A stretch of DNA of 64,000 nt. Origin: Alphaproteobacteria bacterium (lineage in GTDB: Bacteria; Pseudomonadota; Alphaproteobacteria; MPNO01; UBA830). The position numbers and the translations under genes are program-made. Location: the NCBI GenBank assembly GCA_965243135.1, contig OZ251539.1, forward strand, positions 1,120,001 to 1,184,000. Reading direction: 5' to 3'. Positions 51,986 through 62,941 of this stretch are shown here, piece after piece. Within the stretch, counting starts at the first letter, position 1; each line of letters opens with the position of its first letter. The notes under the pieces are model-generated. The model was not told the origin of the DNA, did not search any database, and saw nothing but the letters and a program-made list of their open reading frames with translations.

Positions 51986-52645
51986 ATGAGGGATTCGCAG
52001 TCCCTGCGCCGGACGATGGTGGACACGCAGTTGCGCACCAACAAGGTGACGGATGCGCGCCTGCTCGCGGCGATGGCCGAGGTGCCGCGCGAACTCTTCG
52101 TCCCCGAGGCGTATCGCGAACTTGCGTATATCGACGAAGACATTCCGCTCGGCGGAGGGCGATATCTGCTCGAGCCGATGGTCTTCGCGCGGCTGGCGCA
52201 AGCGGCGGAAATCGGCGGCGACGACGTGATTCTTGATGTGGGATGCGCGACCGGATACTCGTCGATCGTGCTCGGACGGCTCGCGCGCGCCGTCGTCGGC
52301 GTCGAATCGATACCGGAATTCGTGCAGTCCGCGAACGAAAACCTGCGAAAGGCGGATCAGGACAACGTTGTCTTCGAAAGCGGGGCCCTCTCCGAAGGCT
52401 GGTCGGCCCAGGCGCCCTACGACGTCGTGTTCGTCAACGGCGCCGTAGAGCGGATTCCCGAGCGGCTGGCGGAACAACTCGCGGAAAAAGGCCGTTTGTG
52501 CGCCGTCGCGCGGCCGGAAGCGGGACCGGGCCGTGCGGAAATCGTCATCCGGTCGAACGCCCGGCTGTCTCGCCGGTCGCTGTTCGACGCCAACGTGCCT
52601 GCGCTCGCCGAGTTCGCGCTGAACAAGGGGTTCGTGTTTCAATGA
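51986..52645 (+). CDS. pcm: Protein-L-isoaspartate O-methyltransferase-like
   Basis: MVD.QLR, VPRE.FVP, LDVGCATGYS, PYDV; pcm-tolC-popZ-valS synteny. Confidence 0.88.
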   Translation: MRDSQSLRRTMVDTQLRTNKVTDARLLAAMAEVPRELFVPEAYRELAYIDEDIPLGGGRYLLEPMVFARLAQAAEIGGDDVILDVGCATGYSSIVLGRLARAVVGVESIPEFVQSANENLRKADQDNVVFESGALSEGWSAQAPYDVVFVNGAVERIPERLAEQLAEKGRLCAVARPEAGPGRAEIVIRSNARLSRRSLFDANVPALAEFALNKGFVFQ

Positions 52646-53988
52646 AAAAATTCGCGGGCGCCGTGGGCCTTGCCGCCGCGTTGGCAGGCTTCGAAGCGCA
52701 AGCCCAGACGCTCCAGGACGCGCTCGTCAACGCCTATCGGAACAACCCCGGACTTCTCGCGGCCAGGGCCAGGCTGAGATCCGTCGACGAAAGGCAGCCC
52801 GAGCTCCTGGCGGCGGCGTTTCCGGGGGTCGACTTTGTCGGTTCCTACGGCTGGAGGCGCTTTGACGACAATTCCGGAACCGGTTTCGCCTCGGGCTCGT
52901 CGACGACTTCGCCCGCCACGGCGTCGCTGACCGTGACGCAGCTGCTGTATGCCGGCGGCGTGACCAGGGCGGCGTTGATGCAGGCCCAGAGCAACGTCAA
53001 GGCGGAACGCGCCAATCTGTTCGCGACGGAGCAGAATACGCTCCTCGCCGCCGTCACCGCCTACGCGGACGTGGTCCGGGAGCAGGCGGTCCTGGAACTC
53101 AACGTCGGCAACGAACGGGTGCTGGAGCGGCAACTGGAGGCGACGCGCGACCGGTTCGCGGTCGGCGAGTTGACCCGCACCGACGTCGCGCAGGCGGAAT
53201 CCCGTCTTTCCCGGGCGCGCGCCGACAAGATTGCGGCCGAGGGCAGACTGACCGACTCGCGGGCCAATTACGCCAACGTCGTCGGCGGGCCGCTCGGCGT
53301 TCTTAGCCCTGCGGAGCCGCTGAAGGACCTGCCGGCGACTCTGGAAGAAGCGATCGAGAGCGGGAGGAAGGGCAGTTTCGAGGTCCGGCGGGCGCGGCAT
53401 TCGGAAGATGCGGCGCGCCGCGGAATCCGGATAAACGCCGGAGCGTCGTACCCGAGGGTTTCGGTGTCCAGCGAGCTGTCGACCGACAGGGAGCAGGGCA
53501 ATCGCCGAACGAGTCGCAGCAACGATTTCTCGGTCACCGCCAGACTGACCATGCCCCTTTACGATGGGGGCGCGGTTAGCGCGCGCATGCGCATGGCCGG
53601 GCAGGTGGCGTCGCAACGCCGCGAGGAGTACGCCCAGGCGGTCAGGAACGCGGTCGAGGCCGCGACCGAGGCTTGGCAGCTTTTGCAATCCACGCGCGCC
53701 CAGATCAGGGCGATCGCGGCGAGCGTCGCCGCCGCCGAGATCGCGCTCGAGGGCGTGCGGCAGGAAACCGACGTCGGGTCGCGCACGGTCCTCGACGTTC
53801 TCGATGCGGAACAGGAACTGCTCGACGCCAGGGTGAGCCTCGTTCGCGCGCAGCACGACGAACTGGTCGCAACCTACCGGCTGCGCCGGGCGGTGGGCAC
53901 GCTCACCGCCGAAGACCTCGGCCTTCCCGTGGAGCTGTACGATGCAGGCAGCCGTTACGACGGATCGAGCCTATGGTGGTTGCGATGA
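52642..53988 (+). CDS. tolC: TolC family outer membrane protein
   Basis: Signal peptide, AY..NP.L.A.R, RF.VGELTRTDVAQA, G.RT.LDVLDAEQEL. Confidence 0.92.
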   Translation: MKKFAGAVGLAAALAGFEAQAQTLQDALVNAYRNNPGLLAARARLRSVDERQPELLAAAFPGVDFVGSYGWRRFDDNSGTGFASGSSTTSPATASLTVTQLLYAGGVTRAALMQAQSNVKAERANLFATEQNTLLAAVTAYADVVREQAVLELNVGNERVLERQLEATRDRFAVGELTRTDVAQAESRLSRARADKIAAEGRLTDSRANYANVVGGPLGVLSPAEPLKDLPATLEEAIESGRKGSFEVRRARHSEDAARRGIRINAGASYPRVSVSSELSTDREQGNRRTSRSNDFSVTARLTMPLYDGGAVSARMRMAGQVASQRREEYAQAVRNAVEAATEAWQLLQSTRAQIRAIAASVAAAEIALEGVRQETDVGSRTVLDVLDAEQELLDARVSLVRAQHDELVATYRLRRAVGTLTAEDLGLPVELYDAGSRYDGSSLWWLR

Positions 53989-54078
53989 CCGGTCCCTGCG
54001 GCGCGGCAGGGTCCGGCCAACGGCATTCGACCGGGGCGTAACGCGGGCGCGGTCCCGCGAGCGAAAGGTCGCGTATCC

Positions 54079-54474
54079 ATGAACGGAGAAAAGGCCGGCC
54101 AGTCGATAGAAGGGGCCTTCGAGTCGATCCGGCGGATCATGGCCGAAGACGAGGCCGTCGCGCCGACTACGCCGCCGGAGGAGGGGGTTCTCGAACTGAC
54201 CGACCTCGCCCCGCCGGACGGGGACGCCGCGGACGACCGGGCGCGGCTTCTGTCCGAAGCCGCGAAAGCGGCTTCGACGTCGTCGTTCGGGACGCTCGTC
54301 TCCGAGGTCGCGTCCCGCCGCGACGCTGCTGACTCCTCGGCCGAGGACATGGTGAAGGAGATGATGCGGCCCATGATCCGGGAATGGCTCGACGCCAATC
54401 TTCCGGCTTTGGTCGAAGGGCTTGTGGAACGGGAAATCAGGCGCCTTGCGGAGACGGCCGAGGACCGCGCCTGA
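54079..54474 (+). CDS. popZ: PopZ-like pole-organizing protein (DUF2497)
   Basis: SIRRIM N-terminus, acidic linker, EMMRPMIREWLDANLP.LVE.LVEREI.R. Confidence 0.85.
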   Translation: MNGEKAGQSIEGAFESIRRIMAEDEAVAPTTPPEEGVLELTDLAPPDGDAADDRARLLSEAAKAASTSSFGTLVSEVASRRDAADSSAEDMVKEMMRPMIREWLDANLPALVEGLVEREIRRLAETAEDRA

Positions 54475-54796
54475 CGCGCGGCCCCGACGCGGACTGCAGG
54501 CAGTGCGCCCTCGTTCCGCCTCGAGGAGAGATCGCGGGGCGGCGACCGCCGCGGCTTCGAGAGAGGGGCGCGGCGTCGTCGGGACGATCCGCTTCGGACG
54601 CGTTGCCGCGCCCGCCAAAACCGTTTTCGCAAGAGGGTTGCGGCGTTCCCTTTGGCGAAGGCTCCGGAACGCGCGCTTCTTTCCGCCGGAACGTCGTTGC
54701 CCTTTCCGCCGCGAAAGGCGATAAACCGGCATTGCGCTCCGCCGCCGCGCCCGCCCCGAGGCGGCGCGCGGCGCCGAACTCCGGAAGTTGACGGAC

Positions 54797-57493
54797 ATGG
54801 ACAAGACCTACCGGCCCGAAGAGGTCGAAGGAAGAATTTACGACGCATGGGAGACGAGCGGCGCGTTCGCTTGCGGCCATACGCGAACCGGCGCAGGGAC
54901 CGGCGATTCCTACGCGATCGTCATTCCGCCGCCCAACGTCACCGGCAGCCTTCACATGGGGCATGCGCTCAACAACACGCTGCAGGACATCCTGGTGAGG
55001 TTCGAGCGCATGCGGGGCCGCGACGTGCTGTGGCAGCCCGGCACCGATCATGCCGGAATCGCCACGCAAATGGTGGTCGAACGGCAACTCGCCGAAAAGG
55101 GAATCGGACTCGCCAGGGACGGAAGCGAACGCGGCGAGGGACGGGCGCTGCTGGGCCGCGACGAGTTCGTCGACCGCGTCTGGGAATGGAAAGCGGAGAG
55201 CGGCGACGCGATCACCCGCCAGCTGCGGCGGCTCGGCGCGTCCGCCGACTGGAGCCGCGAACGCTTCACCATGGACGACGGCCTCTCGAAAGCGGTGATC
55301 CGCGTCTTCGTGGACTTGTACCGCGAGGGCCTGCTGTACAAGGACCGGCGCCTCGTGAACTGGGACCCGAAGTTTCACACCGCGATTTCCGACCTCGAAG
55401 TGGAGGCGCGGGAAATCGACGGAAACCTCTGGCACATCGACTATCCCGTCGAAGGCGAACCCGACGGCTTCATTACGGTGGCGACCACGCGCCCGGAAAC
55501 CATGTTCGGCGACACCGGCGTCGCCGTCCATCCCGAGAACCCGAAATGGCGCCGTTTCGTCGGGAAGTCGGCGGTCCTGCCGCTGGTCGGCCGCAGGATC
55601 CCCATCGTCGCGGACGAGTATTCGGATCCCGAGAAGGGCAGCGGCGCGGTCAAGATCACCCCGGCTCACGACTTCAACGACTTCGAAGTCGGGAAGCGCC
55701 ACGGACTCGAAACGATCAACATCATGACGCCGGACGCCCGCCTGAACGACAACGTTCCCGAAAAGTATCGCGGCGCGGACAGATTCGAGGCGCGGAAGCG
55801 GGTGGTCGCGGACCTGAAGGCCGCCGGACTGATGTCCCTCGAGGAAGATCACGCCCACACCGTTCCCCACGGAGACCGGTCGGGCGTGCCGATCGAGCCG
55901 TTCCTGACGGAGCAGTGGTACGTGAACGCGCAGGCGCTCGCGCAGCCGGCCATCGAGGCGGTCGAGCGGGGCGAGACCGCGTTCGTGCCGAAACAGTGGG
56001 AAAAGACGTACTTCCACTGGATGCGGAACATCGAGCCGTGGTGCGTCTCGCGGCAGCTGTGGTGGGGCCATCGCGTGCCGGCGTGGTACGGGCCCGACGG
56101 CGAAACCTTCGTCGAACCGACGGAGGACGAGGCGCGCGGCGCGGCGCGCGCGCATTACGGGCGGGACGTCGCGCTCGAACGCGACCCCGACGTGCTCGAC
56201 ACCTGGTTTTCCTCGGCGCTGTGGCCGTTCTCGACGCTCGGATGGCCGGAAAAGGCGCCGGAACTGGGCCACCACTACCCGACCGCGGTGCTCGTCACCG
56301 GATTCGACATCATCTTCTTCTGGGTCGCCCGCATGATGATGATGGGACTTCACTTCATGGACGGTGTGCCCTTCCGCGAGGTCTACATCCATGCCCTGGT
56401 CCGCGACGAGCACGGCCGGAAGATGTCGAAGAGCAAGGGCAACGTGCTCGATCCCCTCGAGCTTATCGACCGTTACGGCGCGGATTCCCTGCGCTTCACG
56501 CTGACGGCGCTGGCGGCTCAGGGGCGCGACGTGCGGCTGTCGACCGGCCGGCTCGAGGGATATCGCAATTTCGTGACCAAGATCTGGAACGCCGCCCGCT
56601 TCGCCCGGATGAACGGATGTTCGCCGGTCGCGGATTTCGACCCGTCGGCCTGCGCGATGACGGTCAACCGCTGGATCGTCGCCGAAACCGTCAAGGCCGG
56701 CGCCGACATCGTCTCGGCTCTCGAGGGGTATCGTTTCAACGATGCGGCGCACGCCGCGCACAGGTTCGTGTGGCACCGGTTCTGCGACTGGTATCTCGAA
56801 TTCACGAAACCGGTCCTGCAGGGGGAAGAGGGGAAGGAAAGGGAAGAAGTCAGGGCGGTGACGTCGTGGGTTCTCGACCAGGCGCTTCATTTCCTGCATC
56901 CGGTCATGCCGTTCGTCACGGAGGAACTGTGGGCGAAACTGGCGACCGAAGAGGGCCGCGACGGCCTGCTGATCCGGCGGCCCTGGCCGGTTCTGGACGA
57001 GTCCTTGCGCGCGCCGGACGCGGAGGACGAGATGGACTGGGCGATCCGGCTGGTCGGCGGAATCCGCAGCGCCCGTTCGGAAACGGGCGTCCCGCCGTCG
57101 GCGGAGTTGCCGATGACGCTGGTGAACGCCTCGGAATCGACGAAGGAAAGGCTGGAAACCCACATGGCCCAGATCCTTCGGCTGGCGAGGCTGTCCGGCG
57201 TCTCGCATGCGGACGCCGCCCCGGCGGGCGCGATCCAGCTTGTGGTGGACGAGGCGACGGCGGCGCTGCCCATCGGCGGCGCCGTCGACATCGGCGGGGA
57301 AATCCGCCGGCTCGACAAGGCGCTGAAGAAGGCCGACGCGGAAATCGGCAAGATCGAGGGGAAACTCGCCAACGAAGGCTTTCTCGCCAAGGCGCCGCCC
57401 GAGGTCGTCGAAAAGCAGCGCGAGCGCGCCGCCGAAATCCGGCGGTCGCGCGAGAAACTGGCCGAGGCGAAGGAACGCCTCGCCTCCCTTTGA
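54797..57493 (+). CDS. valS: Valine-tRNA ligase
   Basis: PPPNVTGSLHMGH, DVLDTWFSS, KMSKS, C-terminal coiled coil. Confidence 0.97.
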   Translation: MDKTYRPEEVEGRIYDAWETSGAFACGHTRTGAGTGDSYAIVIPPPNVTGSLHMGHALNNTLQDILVRFERMRGRDVLWQPGTDHAGIATQMVVERQLAEKGIGLARDGSERGEGRALLGRDEFVDRVWEWKAESGDAITRQLRRLGASADWSRERFTMDDGLSKAVIRVFVDLYREGLLYKDRRLVNWDPKFHTAISDLEVEAREIDGNLWHIDYPVEGEPDGFITVATTRPETMFGDTGVAVHPENPKWRRFVGKSAVLPLVGRRIPIVADEYSDPEKGSGAVKITPAHDFNDFEVGKRHGLETINIMTPDARLNDNVPEKYRGADRFEARKRVVADLKAAGLMSLEEDHAHTVPHGDRSGVPIEPFLTEQWYVNAQALAQPAIEAVERGETAFVPKQWEKTYFHWMRNIEPWCVSRQLWWGHRVPAWYGPDGETFVEPTEDEARGAARAHYGRDVALERDPDVLDTWFSSALWPFSTLGWPEKAPELGHHYPTAVLVTGFDIIFFWVARMMMMGLHFMDGVPFREVYIHALVRDEHGRKMSKSKGNVLDPLELIDRYGADSLRFTLTALAAQGRDVRLSTGRLEGYRNFVTKIWNAARFARMNGCSPVADFDPSACAMTVNRWIVAETVKAGADIVSALEGYRFNDAAHAAHRFVWHRFCDWYLEFTKPVLQGEEGKEREEVRAVTSWVLDQALHFLHPVMPFVTEELWAKLATEEGRDGLLIRRPWPVLDESLRAPDAEDEMDWAIRLVGGIRSARSETGVPPSAELPMTLVNASESTKERLETHMAQILRLARLSGVSHADAAPAGAIQLVVDEATAALPIGGAVDIGGEIRRLDKALKKADAEIGKIEGKLANEGFLAKAPPEVVEKQRERAAEIRRSREKLAEAKERLASL

Positions 57494-57514
57494 CGCGGGC
57501 GGACGAAACGGGAC

Positions 57515-58408
57515 ATGGCTCCGGTCCGCATCGGCGCTTCCGAAAGGGGCGGAACTTTCTGGTTGCAGGGCGAGGCCCTTGCCGGGGTTCTCGAGCGCCG
57601 CCGCGGGATTCGCTGCCGCGTGGTCGAAGCCGCCCGGGCGAGCGTCGAAAACGCCCGGTCCCTGCATGAGGGCCGGATCGATTTCGGCTTCATGGCGTCC
57701 AACTGGATCGGACGGGCGAAGGACGGCGCGCCGCCGTTCGACGCGCCGATGGACGTTCGCATGGTGGCGCCGGCCAATACCGGCGCGATGTTCTTCATCG
57801 TCCGCGCCGACGGCGATTTGAGGAACGTCCGCGAACTGGCCGGCAAACGCGTGTCGATCGGACCCGAGAACAGCGGCATGGCGCAGCACGCCCATGCAGT
57901 CTTCGGGGCGCTGGGCATCCGGCAAGTCGCGCCGGTCCATCTTTCCTTCGCGGACGGGGGCGCGGCTCTCGAAGCGGGCGAGGTGGACGCCCAGTGGCAA
58001 TGCCCGTACCCGAATCCCGTAATGCGCGATCTCAGCCTCCGCCTCGACGTGCGCGTGCTCGACTACGGTCCGGGCGAAGTCGAACGGGTCATTCGGGAGG
58101 TAGGCTTCTACAGGCCCGCGGTCATGCCGGCCGGGGTCTTTCGGGGCGCGAGCCGCGAGACCGCGCAACTCGCGGTCGTCAACGTCGTCGCCGCCCACGC
58201 CCGCCAGGATCCGGAGACGGTCCGGGCGTTGGTCGCCGCCATGCTTGGCGGTCTCGACGAGCTCGCCGCGGCGAACGCCCTGTTCGCGGGACTTGACGAG
58301 TTGTTCGAACCGTTGCGCGCGGCGGGACCGCAGGCTCTGGAGTTCGGCGGGGTTCCGCTGCATCCCGGCGCGGCGGCCGCTTACCGGGAGGCCGGATACC
58401 TGGACTGA
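57515..58408 (+). CDS. TAXI-family TRAP solute-binding protein without signal peptide
   Basis: GGTF...G, ASVEN, L.GKRVSIG...SG, VPLHPGA...YRE.G. Confidence 0.82.
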   Translation: MAPVRIGASERGGTFWLQGEALAGVLERRRGIRCRVVEAARASVENARSLHEGRIDFGFMASNWIGRAKDGAPPFDAPMDVRMVAPANTGAMFFIVRADGDLRNVRELAGKRVSIGPENSGMAQHAHAVFGALGIRQVAPVHLSFADGGAALEAGEVDAQWQCPYPNPVMRDLSLRLDVRVLDYGPGEVERVIREVGFYRPAVMPAGVFRGASRETAQLAVVNVVAAHARQDPETVRALVAAMLGGLDELAAANALFAGLDELFEPLRAAGPQALEFGGVPLHPGAAAAYREAGYLD

Positions 58409-58537
58409 CGGGGAGGGCTTGTTCGCGCCGTCCGCCGCGAGGCGCGGACGATGCCCGAAATCCTCGCGGGGACCGCGAGTCTATGCACGGCGAAGCCGAA
58501 GCGTTATGGTTCCGTCGAGCGCAAACCGGAGGCGAGG

Positions 58538-60286
58538 ATGTCAAACGGGGCCGGCAAGTCCAGGAAGAAACGGCGGTTCGACAAGAGCAAGCTGCCGAGC
58601 CGTCATACCACGGTCGGCCCGGAGAGGGCGCCGCACCGCAGCTATCTCTACGCGATGGGGCTGACGCAGAGGCAGATCGAGCAACCTCTCGTCGGCGTCG
58701 CGACCTGCTGGAACGAGGCGGCGCCGTGCAACATTTCTCTTTCCCGCCAGGCCCAGGCGGCCAAGCGCGGCGTGACCTCGGCCGGCGGCACGCCGCGCGA
58801 ATTCACGACGATCACCGTCACGGACGGGATCGCGATGGGCCACGAGGGCATGAAGTCGTCCCTCGTCTCGCGGGAGATCATCGCCGATTCGATCGAACTC
58901 ACGATGCGCGGCCATTGCTACGACGCGATGGTGGGGCTCGCCGGGTGCGACAAGTCGCTGCCCGGCATGATGATGGCCATGGTGCGGCTCGACGTTCCGT
59001 CGGTATTCGTCTACGGCGGCACCATACTGCCGGGCAAGTTCCAGGGCCGCCCCGTGACCGTCATCGACGTGTTCGAGGGAGTGGGCAAGTTCGCGGCCGG
59101 CGGCATGAGCGAAGCCGAGCTGCGCGAGCTCGAAAGCGTCGCGTGTCCTTGCGAGGGGTCTTGCGGCGGCCAGTATACGGCCAACACCATGGCTTGCGTT
59201 GCCGAGGCCATCGGCCTCGCGCTGCCGGGATCGTCGGGAGCCCCCGCGGCGTACAAGTCGCGAGACGGCATGGTCCGGGCGTCCGGGGTCGCGGTGATGG
59301 ATCTGCTCGAGAAGAACGTGCGACCGCGCGCGATCGTGACTCGGGAGGCGCTCGAGAACGCGGCCGTCGTCGTCGCCGCCACGGGCGGATCGACCAATGC
59401 CGGCTTGCACCTGCCCGCGATCGCGAACGAGGCCGGAATCAGGTTCACGCTCGACGACGTCGCGCGGATATTCAGGAAGACCCCGTATCTGGCGGACCTG
59501 ATGCCGGGCGGCAAGTACACGGCCGCGGACATGCACCGCGCGGGCGGCGTGCCCGTCGTCATCAAGGAACTGCTGGACAATGGCCTGCTGCACGGCGACT
59601 GCTTGACGGCGACCGGCAAGACGCTCGCGGAAAATCACGCGGGACGCGAATTCCCGGAGAAGCAGAAGGTGTTCTACCGGGTCAGGGACGCGCTGTCGCC
59701 GACCGGCGGCGTGGTCGGCCTCAAGGGCACGCTCGCGCCCGAGGGCGCGATCGTGAAGGTCGCCGGAATGACGAATCTGGTCTTTCGCGGACCGGCGCGC
59801 GTGTTCGATTGCGAGGAAGACGCGTTCGACGCGGTGGTCAACGGCCGGGTCAAGGAAGGCGAGGTGATCGTCGTCCGGTACGAAGGCCCCCGGGGCGGTC
59901 CCGGAATGCGGGAGATGCTTTCGACGACGGCGGCGATATACGGCCGCGGGCTGGGAGACAAAATAGCCCTGATCACCGATGGACGATTCTCCGGCGCCAC
60001 GCGCGGCTTCTGCATCGGCCACGTCGGCCCGGAAGCCGCCGTCGGCGGCCCGATCGGCCTGTTGCGGAACGGCGACGTCATCGCGATCGACGCCCGCAAG
60101 GGCAAGCTCGACGTCGAACTGTCCGAGGAAGAACTCGAACGCCGTCGCGCCAGATGGAAACCGCGCAAGCACGACAGCCGGTCGGGTGCGCTGTGGCGGT
60201 ACGCCCAGACGGTGGGAAGCGCTAGGGAAGGAGCGGTGGTTCATCCCGGCGCGAAGGCCGAGGTTCGCGCCTACGCCGACATCTGA
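58538..60286 (+). CDS. ilvD: Dihydroxy-acid dehydratase
   Basis: [47 protein letters not shown]. Confidence 0.95.
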   Translation: MSNGAGKSRKKRRFDKSKLPSRHTTVGPERAPHRSYLYAMGLTQRQIEQPLVGVATCWNEAAPCNISLSRQAQAAKRGVTSAGGTPREFTTITVTDGIAMGHEGMKSSLVSREIIADSIELTMRGHCYDAMVGLAGCDKSLPGMMMAMVRLDVPSVFVYGGTILPGKFQGRPVTVIDVFEGVGKFAAGGMSEAELRELESVACPCEGSCGGQYTANTMACVAEAIGLALPGSSGAPAAYKSRDGMVRASGVAVMDLLEKNVRPRAIVTREALENAAVVVAATGGSTNAGLHLPAIANEAGIRFTLDDVARIFRKTPYLADLMPGGKYTAADMHRAGGVPVVIKELLDNGLLHGDCLTATGKTLAENHAGREFPEKQKVFYRVRDALSPTGGVVGLKGTLAPEGAIVKVAGMTNLVFRGPARVFDCEEDAFDAVVNGRVKEGEVIVVRYEGPRGGPGMREMLSTTAAIYGRGLGDKIALITDGRFSGATRGFCIGHVGPEAAVGGPIGLLRNGDVIAIDARKGKLDVELSEEELERRRARWKPRKHDSRSGALWRYAQTVGSAREGAVVHPGAKAEVRAYADI

Positions 60287-60484
60287 TCACCGGCGGCGAA
60301 ACGCCGCGACCGCGCGCCGCAGGACCCAGGTCAACAGCCCGGCGAAGCCGAAGACCAGGACCGGACCGGCGAGGGAGGCGGCGTCCCGAATCTGTCCGTT
60401 GGCGAACTGCACGATGGCCCACGCCAGGCCGAAGCAGAGGCCGATCGCGACGTGACGCAGAATTTCCTTCGCGACCGGAGGCAC
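60287..60484 (-). CDS. Small two-TM hypothetical protein
   Basis: 65 aa hydrophobic ORF filling the gap directly downstream of xth. Confidence 0.5.
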   Translation of the reverse strand: MPPVAKEILRHVAIGLCFGLAWAIVQFANGQIRDAASLAGPVLVFGFAGLLTWVLRRAVAAFRRR

Positions 60485-60487
60485 GAT

Positions 60488-61261
60488 TCACGCGTTGAGC
60501 GCGCACCAGACCGGCGCGTGATCCGACGCTTTCGGTCTGCCGCGGGGCTTCCGGTCGATGTCGCAGTCCTCCAGACGGTCGGCCGCCTGCGGCGACAGCA
60601 GCAAATGGTCGATTCGGACCCCGAAATCCTGCTGCCACGCGCCGCCCTGATAGTCCCAGAAGGTGTATTTGTGCGGTTCGTCGTGGACGACGCGGTAGGC
60701 GTCGGTCAGGCCCAGATGGACGATCCGCCGCCAGCGGTTCCGGGCTTCGGAGCGGCATAGCGCATCGTCGGCCCATTTTTCCGGGTCGTGGACGTCCCGG
60801 TCGTCGGGGACGACGTTGTAGTCGCCGCCGAAGACGATCGCCTCGTCGAGCGTCAGCCGCTCGCGCGCGTGCGCGTGGAGGCGCTCCATCCAGCGGAGTT
60901 TGTAGTCGAATTTTTCGCCGGGAGCGGGGTTCCCGTTGGGCGCGTAGACGGAAGCGACGCGCACGCCGCCGGTGAACGCCTCGATGTAGCGCGCCTGCGC
61001 GTCGCCGTCGTCGCCGGGCAGGCCGCGCGCGGTATCCTCGATCGGCGTCTTCGACAGGACGGCGACGCCGTTGAAATTCTTTTGCCCGTGGATTTCGACG
61101 TTGTAGCCCCGGTCTTCGATCTCGAGGGCGGGGAAGGTCTGGTCCGTCGCCTTGATCTCCTGAAGGAGAGCGATGTCCGGCGCGAATTCGTCCAGCCATT
61201 CCAGGACGCGCGGCAGGCGGGCGCGTATGGAGTTGACGTTCCAGGTTGCGATTTTCAGCAA
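60488..61261 (-). CDS. xth: Exodeoxyribonuclease III
   Basis: KIATWNVNS, LQEIK, Y.PNG, GDYN, RIDH, SDHAP; start approximate. Confidence 0.94.
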   Translation of the reverse strand: MLKIATWNVNSIRARLPRVLEWLDEFAPDIALLQEIKATDQTFPALEIEDRGYNVEIHGQKNFNGVAVLSKTPIEDTARGLPGDDGDAQARYIEAFTGGVRVASVYAPNGNPAPGEKFDYKLRWMERLHAHARERLTLDEAIVFGGDYNVVPDDRDVHDPEKWADDALCRSEARNRWRRIVHLGLTDAYRVVHDEPHKYTFWDYQGGAWQQDFGVRIDHLLLSPQAADRLEDCDIDRKPRGRPKASDHAPVWCALNA

Positions 61262-61294
61262 GAACGGCTCCCGCAATTCCCGAGGAAAGGGCTT

Positions 61295-61636
61295 TCAGAA
61301 AATCGCGAAGGAGGTTCCGCAGCCGCAGGTGGACACCGCGTTCGGGTTCTCGATCGAAAAATACGAGCCGATCAGTTCGTCCCTGTATCCGATTTCGGAG
61401 CCGGCGAGATATGCCCACGACGTGTCGTCGATGACCACCCGGGCGCCTTCGCGTTCGATCAGGTGATCGTCGTCTTCGACCCGGTCGTCGAAGGTGAAGC
61501 TGTACTGGAAGCCGGAGCATCCGCCGCCGCCGACGGCGACGCGCAGCGTCCGGTTCCCCTGTTCGGCGGCGAGCTGCCGGAGTCGCTTCACGGCCGAGTC
61601 GCTCAGCGTCACCGTGGCGTTTTGTCCGTCGGGCAT
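61295..61636 (-). CDS. erpA: Iron-sulfur cluster insertion protein (ErpA/HesB)
   Basis: GGGCSGFQY, NPNA...CGCGTSF. Confidence 0.92.
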   Translation of the reverse strand: MPDGQNATVTLSDSAVKRLRQLAAEQGNRTLRVAVGGGGCSGFQYSFTFDDRVEDDDHLIEREGARVVIDDTSWAYLAGSEIGYRDELIGSYFSIENPNAVSTCGCGTSFAIF

Positions 61637-61774
61637 TCGATCCTCCCAAGGAAGCATTTAGGGGCGTCGGCGCGGACAGTCAATAGGCGCGGGGAGGCGC
61701 CGGCCCTTCGCGCGTTCCCGCCGCGCGTTCGCAAGCCGATTGCCGCCCGCCGGAACGGCGGTTAGTTTCCCGGC

Positions 61775-62941
61775 ATGAATGGAACGTTGCCATGCCGCGC
61801 GCCTTACGCCTGCGATCCGGCGCGAAGCCGCGGCCGCGCCCACGAAGAACCGGAAAGCCCCATGCGGACCGTCTATCAGAGGGACCGCGACCGCATCATT
61901 CATTCCGTAGCCTTCCGGCGGCTGGAGTACAAGACGCAGGTTTTCGTCAACCACGAAGGCGACCATTACCGGACACGCCTGACCCACAGCCTCGAAGTCG
62001 CGCAGATCGCCCGCTCCCTGTCGCGGTCCCTGTCGGTCGACGAGGATCTCGTGGAGGCGCTGGCGCTCGCCCACGACCTGGGGCACACGCCGTTCGGACA
62101 CGCCGGCGGAGATGCGCTCGACGAGGCCATGAGGCCCTACGGCGGCTTCGACCACAATGGCCAGACCCTGCGCGTCATCACGCTGCTGGAGGCGCGTTAC
62201 GCGGCCTTCGACGGGCTGAACCTGACTTGGGAGACGCTCGACGGACTGGTCAAGCATAACGGGCCGCTGCGCGAACCGCTGCCTTGGGCGGTCGCGGAGT
62301 GCGCCGCCGGAAGCGATCTCGAACTGAACGCCTGGTCCGGCGTCGAAGCCCAGGTCGCGGCGCTGGCCGACGATATCGCCTACCATTCTCACGACATCGA
62401 CGACGGATTGCGGGCGGGCCTCTTCTCCGTGCGCGATCTAGAGGAAGTGCCGGTCGTCGGACCCATCGTCGCCGAGGTGAGGAGGCAGCATCCCGATCTC
62501 GAAGATTCCAGGATGTTCCACGAGATCGGGAGGCGCCTCATCGATCGTCTTGTCTCCGACCTGCTCGCGACCACCCGCGAGCGCCTCCTGGAGGCGCGGC
62601 CCGCGACCGTCGAAGAAGTGCGCGCCTGGGGCGGGCCTCTGGTCGGATTTTCGAAGCGGCTGGAAGCGGAGAACCGGGTTCTCAAGGATTTCCTTCGGCA
62701 ACGCATGTATCGTCATCATCGCGTCAACCGCATGACCGCCAAGGCGAAGCGGGTCGTCGCCGACCTGTTCGACATCTTCATGAGCGAGCCGAAGTGCCTG
62801 CCGGTCGAATGGCGAACTCCGGACGGCGCGGGGGACATCGACCGCGCGCGCCGCGTGTCGGACTACATCGCCGGCATGACGGATCGCTTCGCGCTCGCCG
62901 AGCATTATCGCCTCTTCGATCTTTACGAGGGGAATAAATGA
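61775..62941 (+). CDS. dgt: Deoxyguanosinetriphosphate triphosphohydrolase-like
   Basis: [43 protein letters not shown]. Confidence 0.93.
   Translation: MNGTLPCRAPYACDPARSRGRAHEEPESPMRTVYQRDRDRIIHSVAFRRLEYKTQVFVNHEGDHYRTRLTHSLEVAQIARSLSRSLSVDEDLVEALALAHDLGHTPFGHAGGDALDEAMRPYGGFDHNGQTLRVITLLEARYAAFDGLNLTWETLDGLVKHNGPLREPLPWAVAECAAGSDLELNAWSGVEAQVAALADDIAYHSHDIDDGLRAGLFSVRDLEEVPVVGPIVAEVRRQHPDLEDSRMFHEIGRRLIDRLVSDLLATTRERLLEARPATVEEVRAWGGPLVGFSKRLEAENRVLKDFLRQRMYRHHRVNRMTAKAKRVVADLFDIFMSEPKCLPVEWRTPDGAGDIDRARRVSDYIAGMTDRFALAEHYRLFDLYEGNK

Noticed and set aside
54437-58363. 1308-aa minus-strand ORF
   Set aside because: Antisense shadow of valS and the TAXI gene
61775-62941. dGTPase as an anti-phage system
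   Set aside because: It is the short housekeeping type in conserved erpA-dgt-argS synteny
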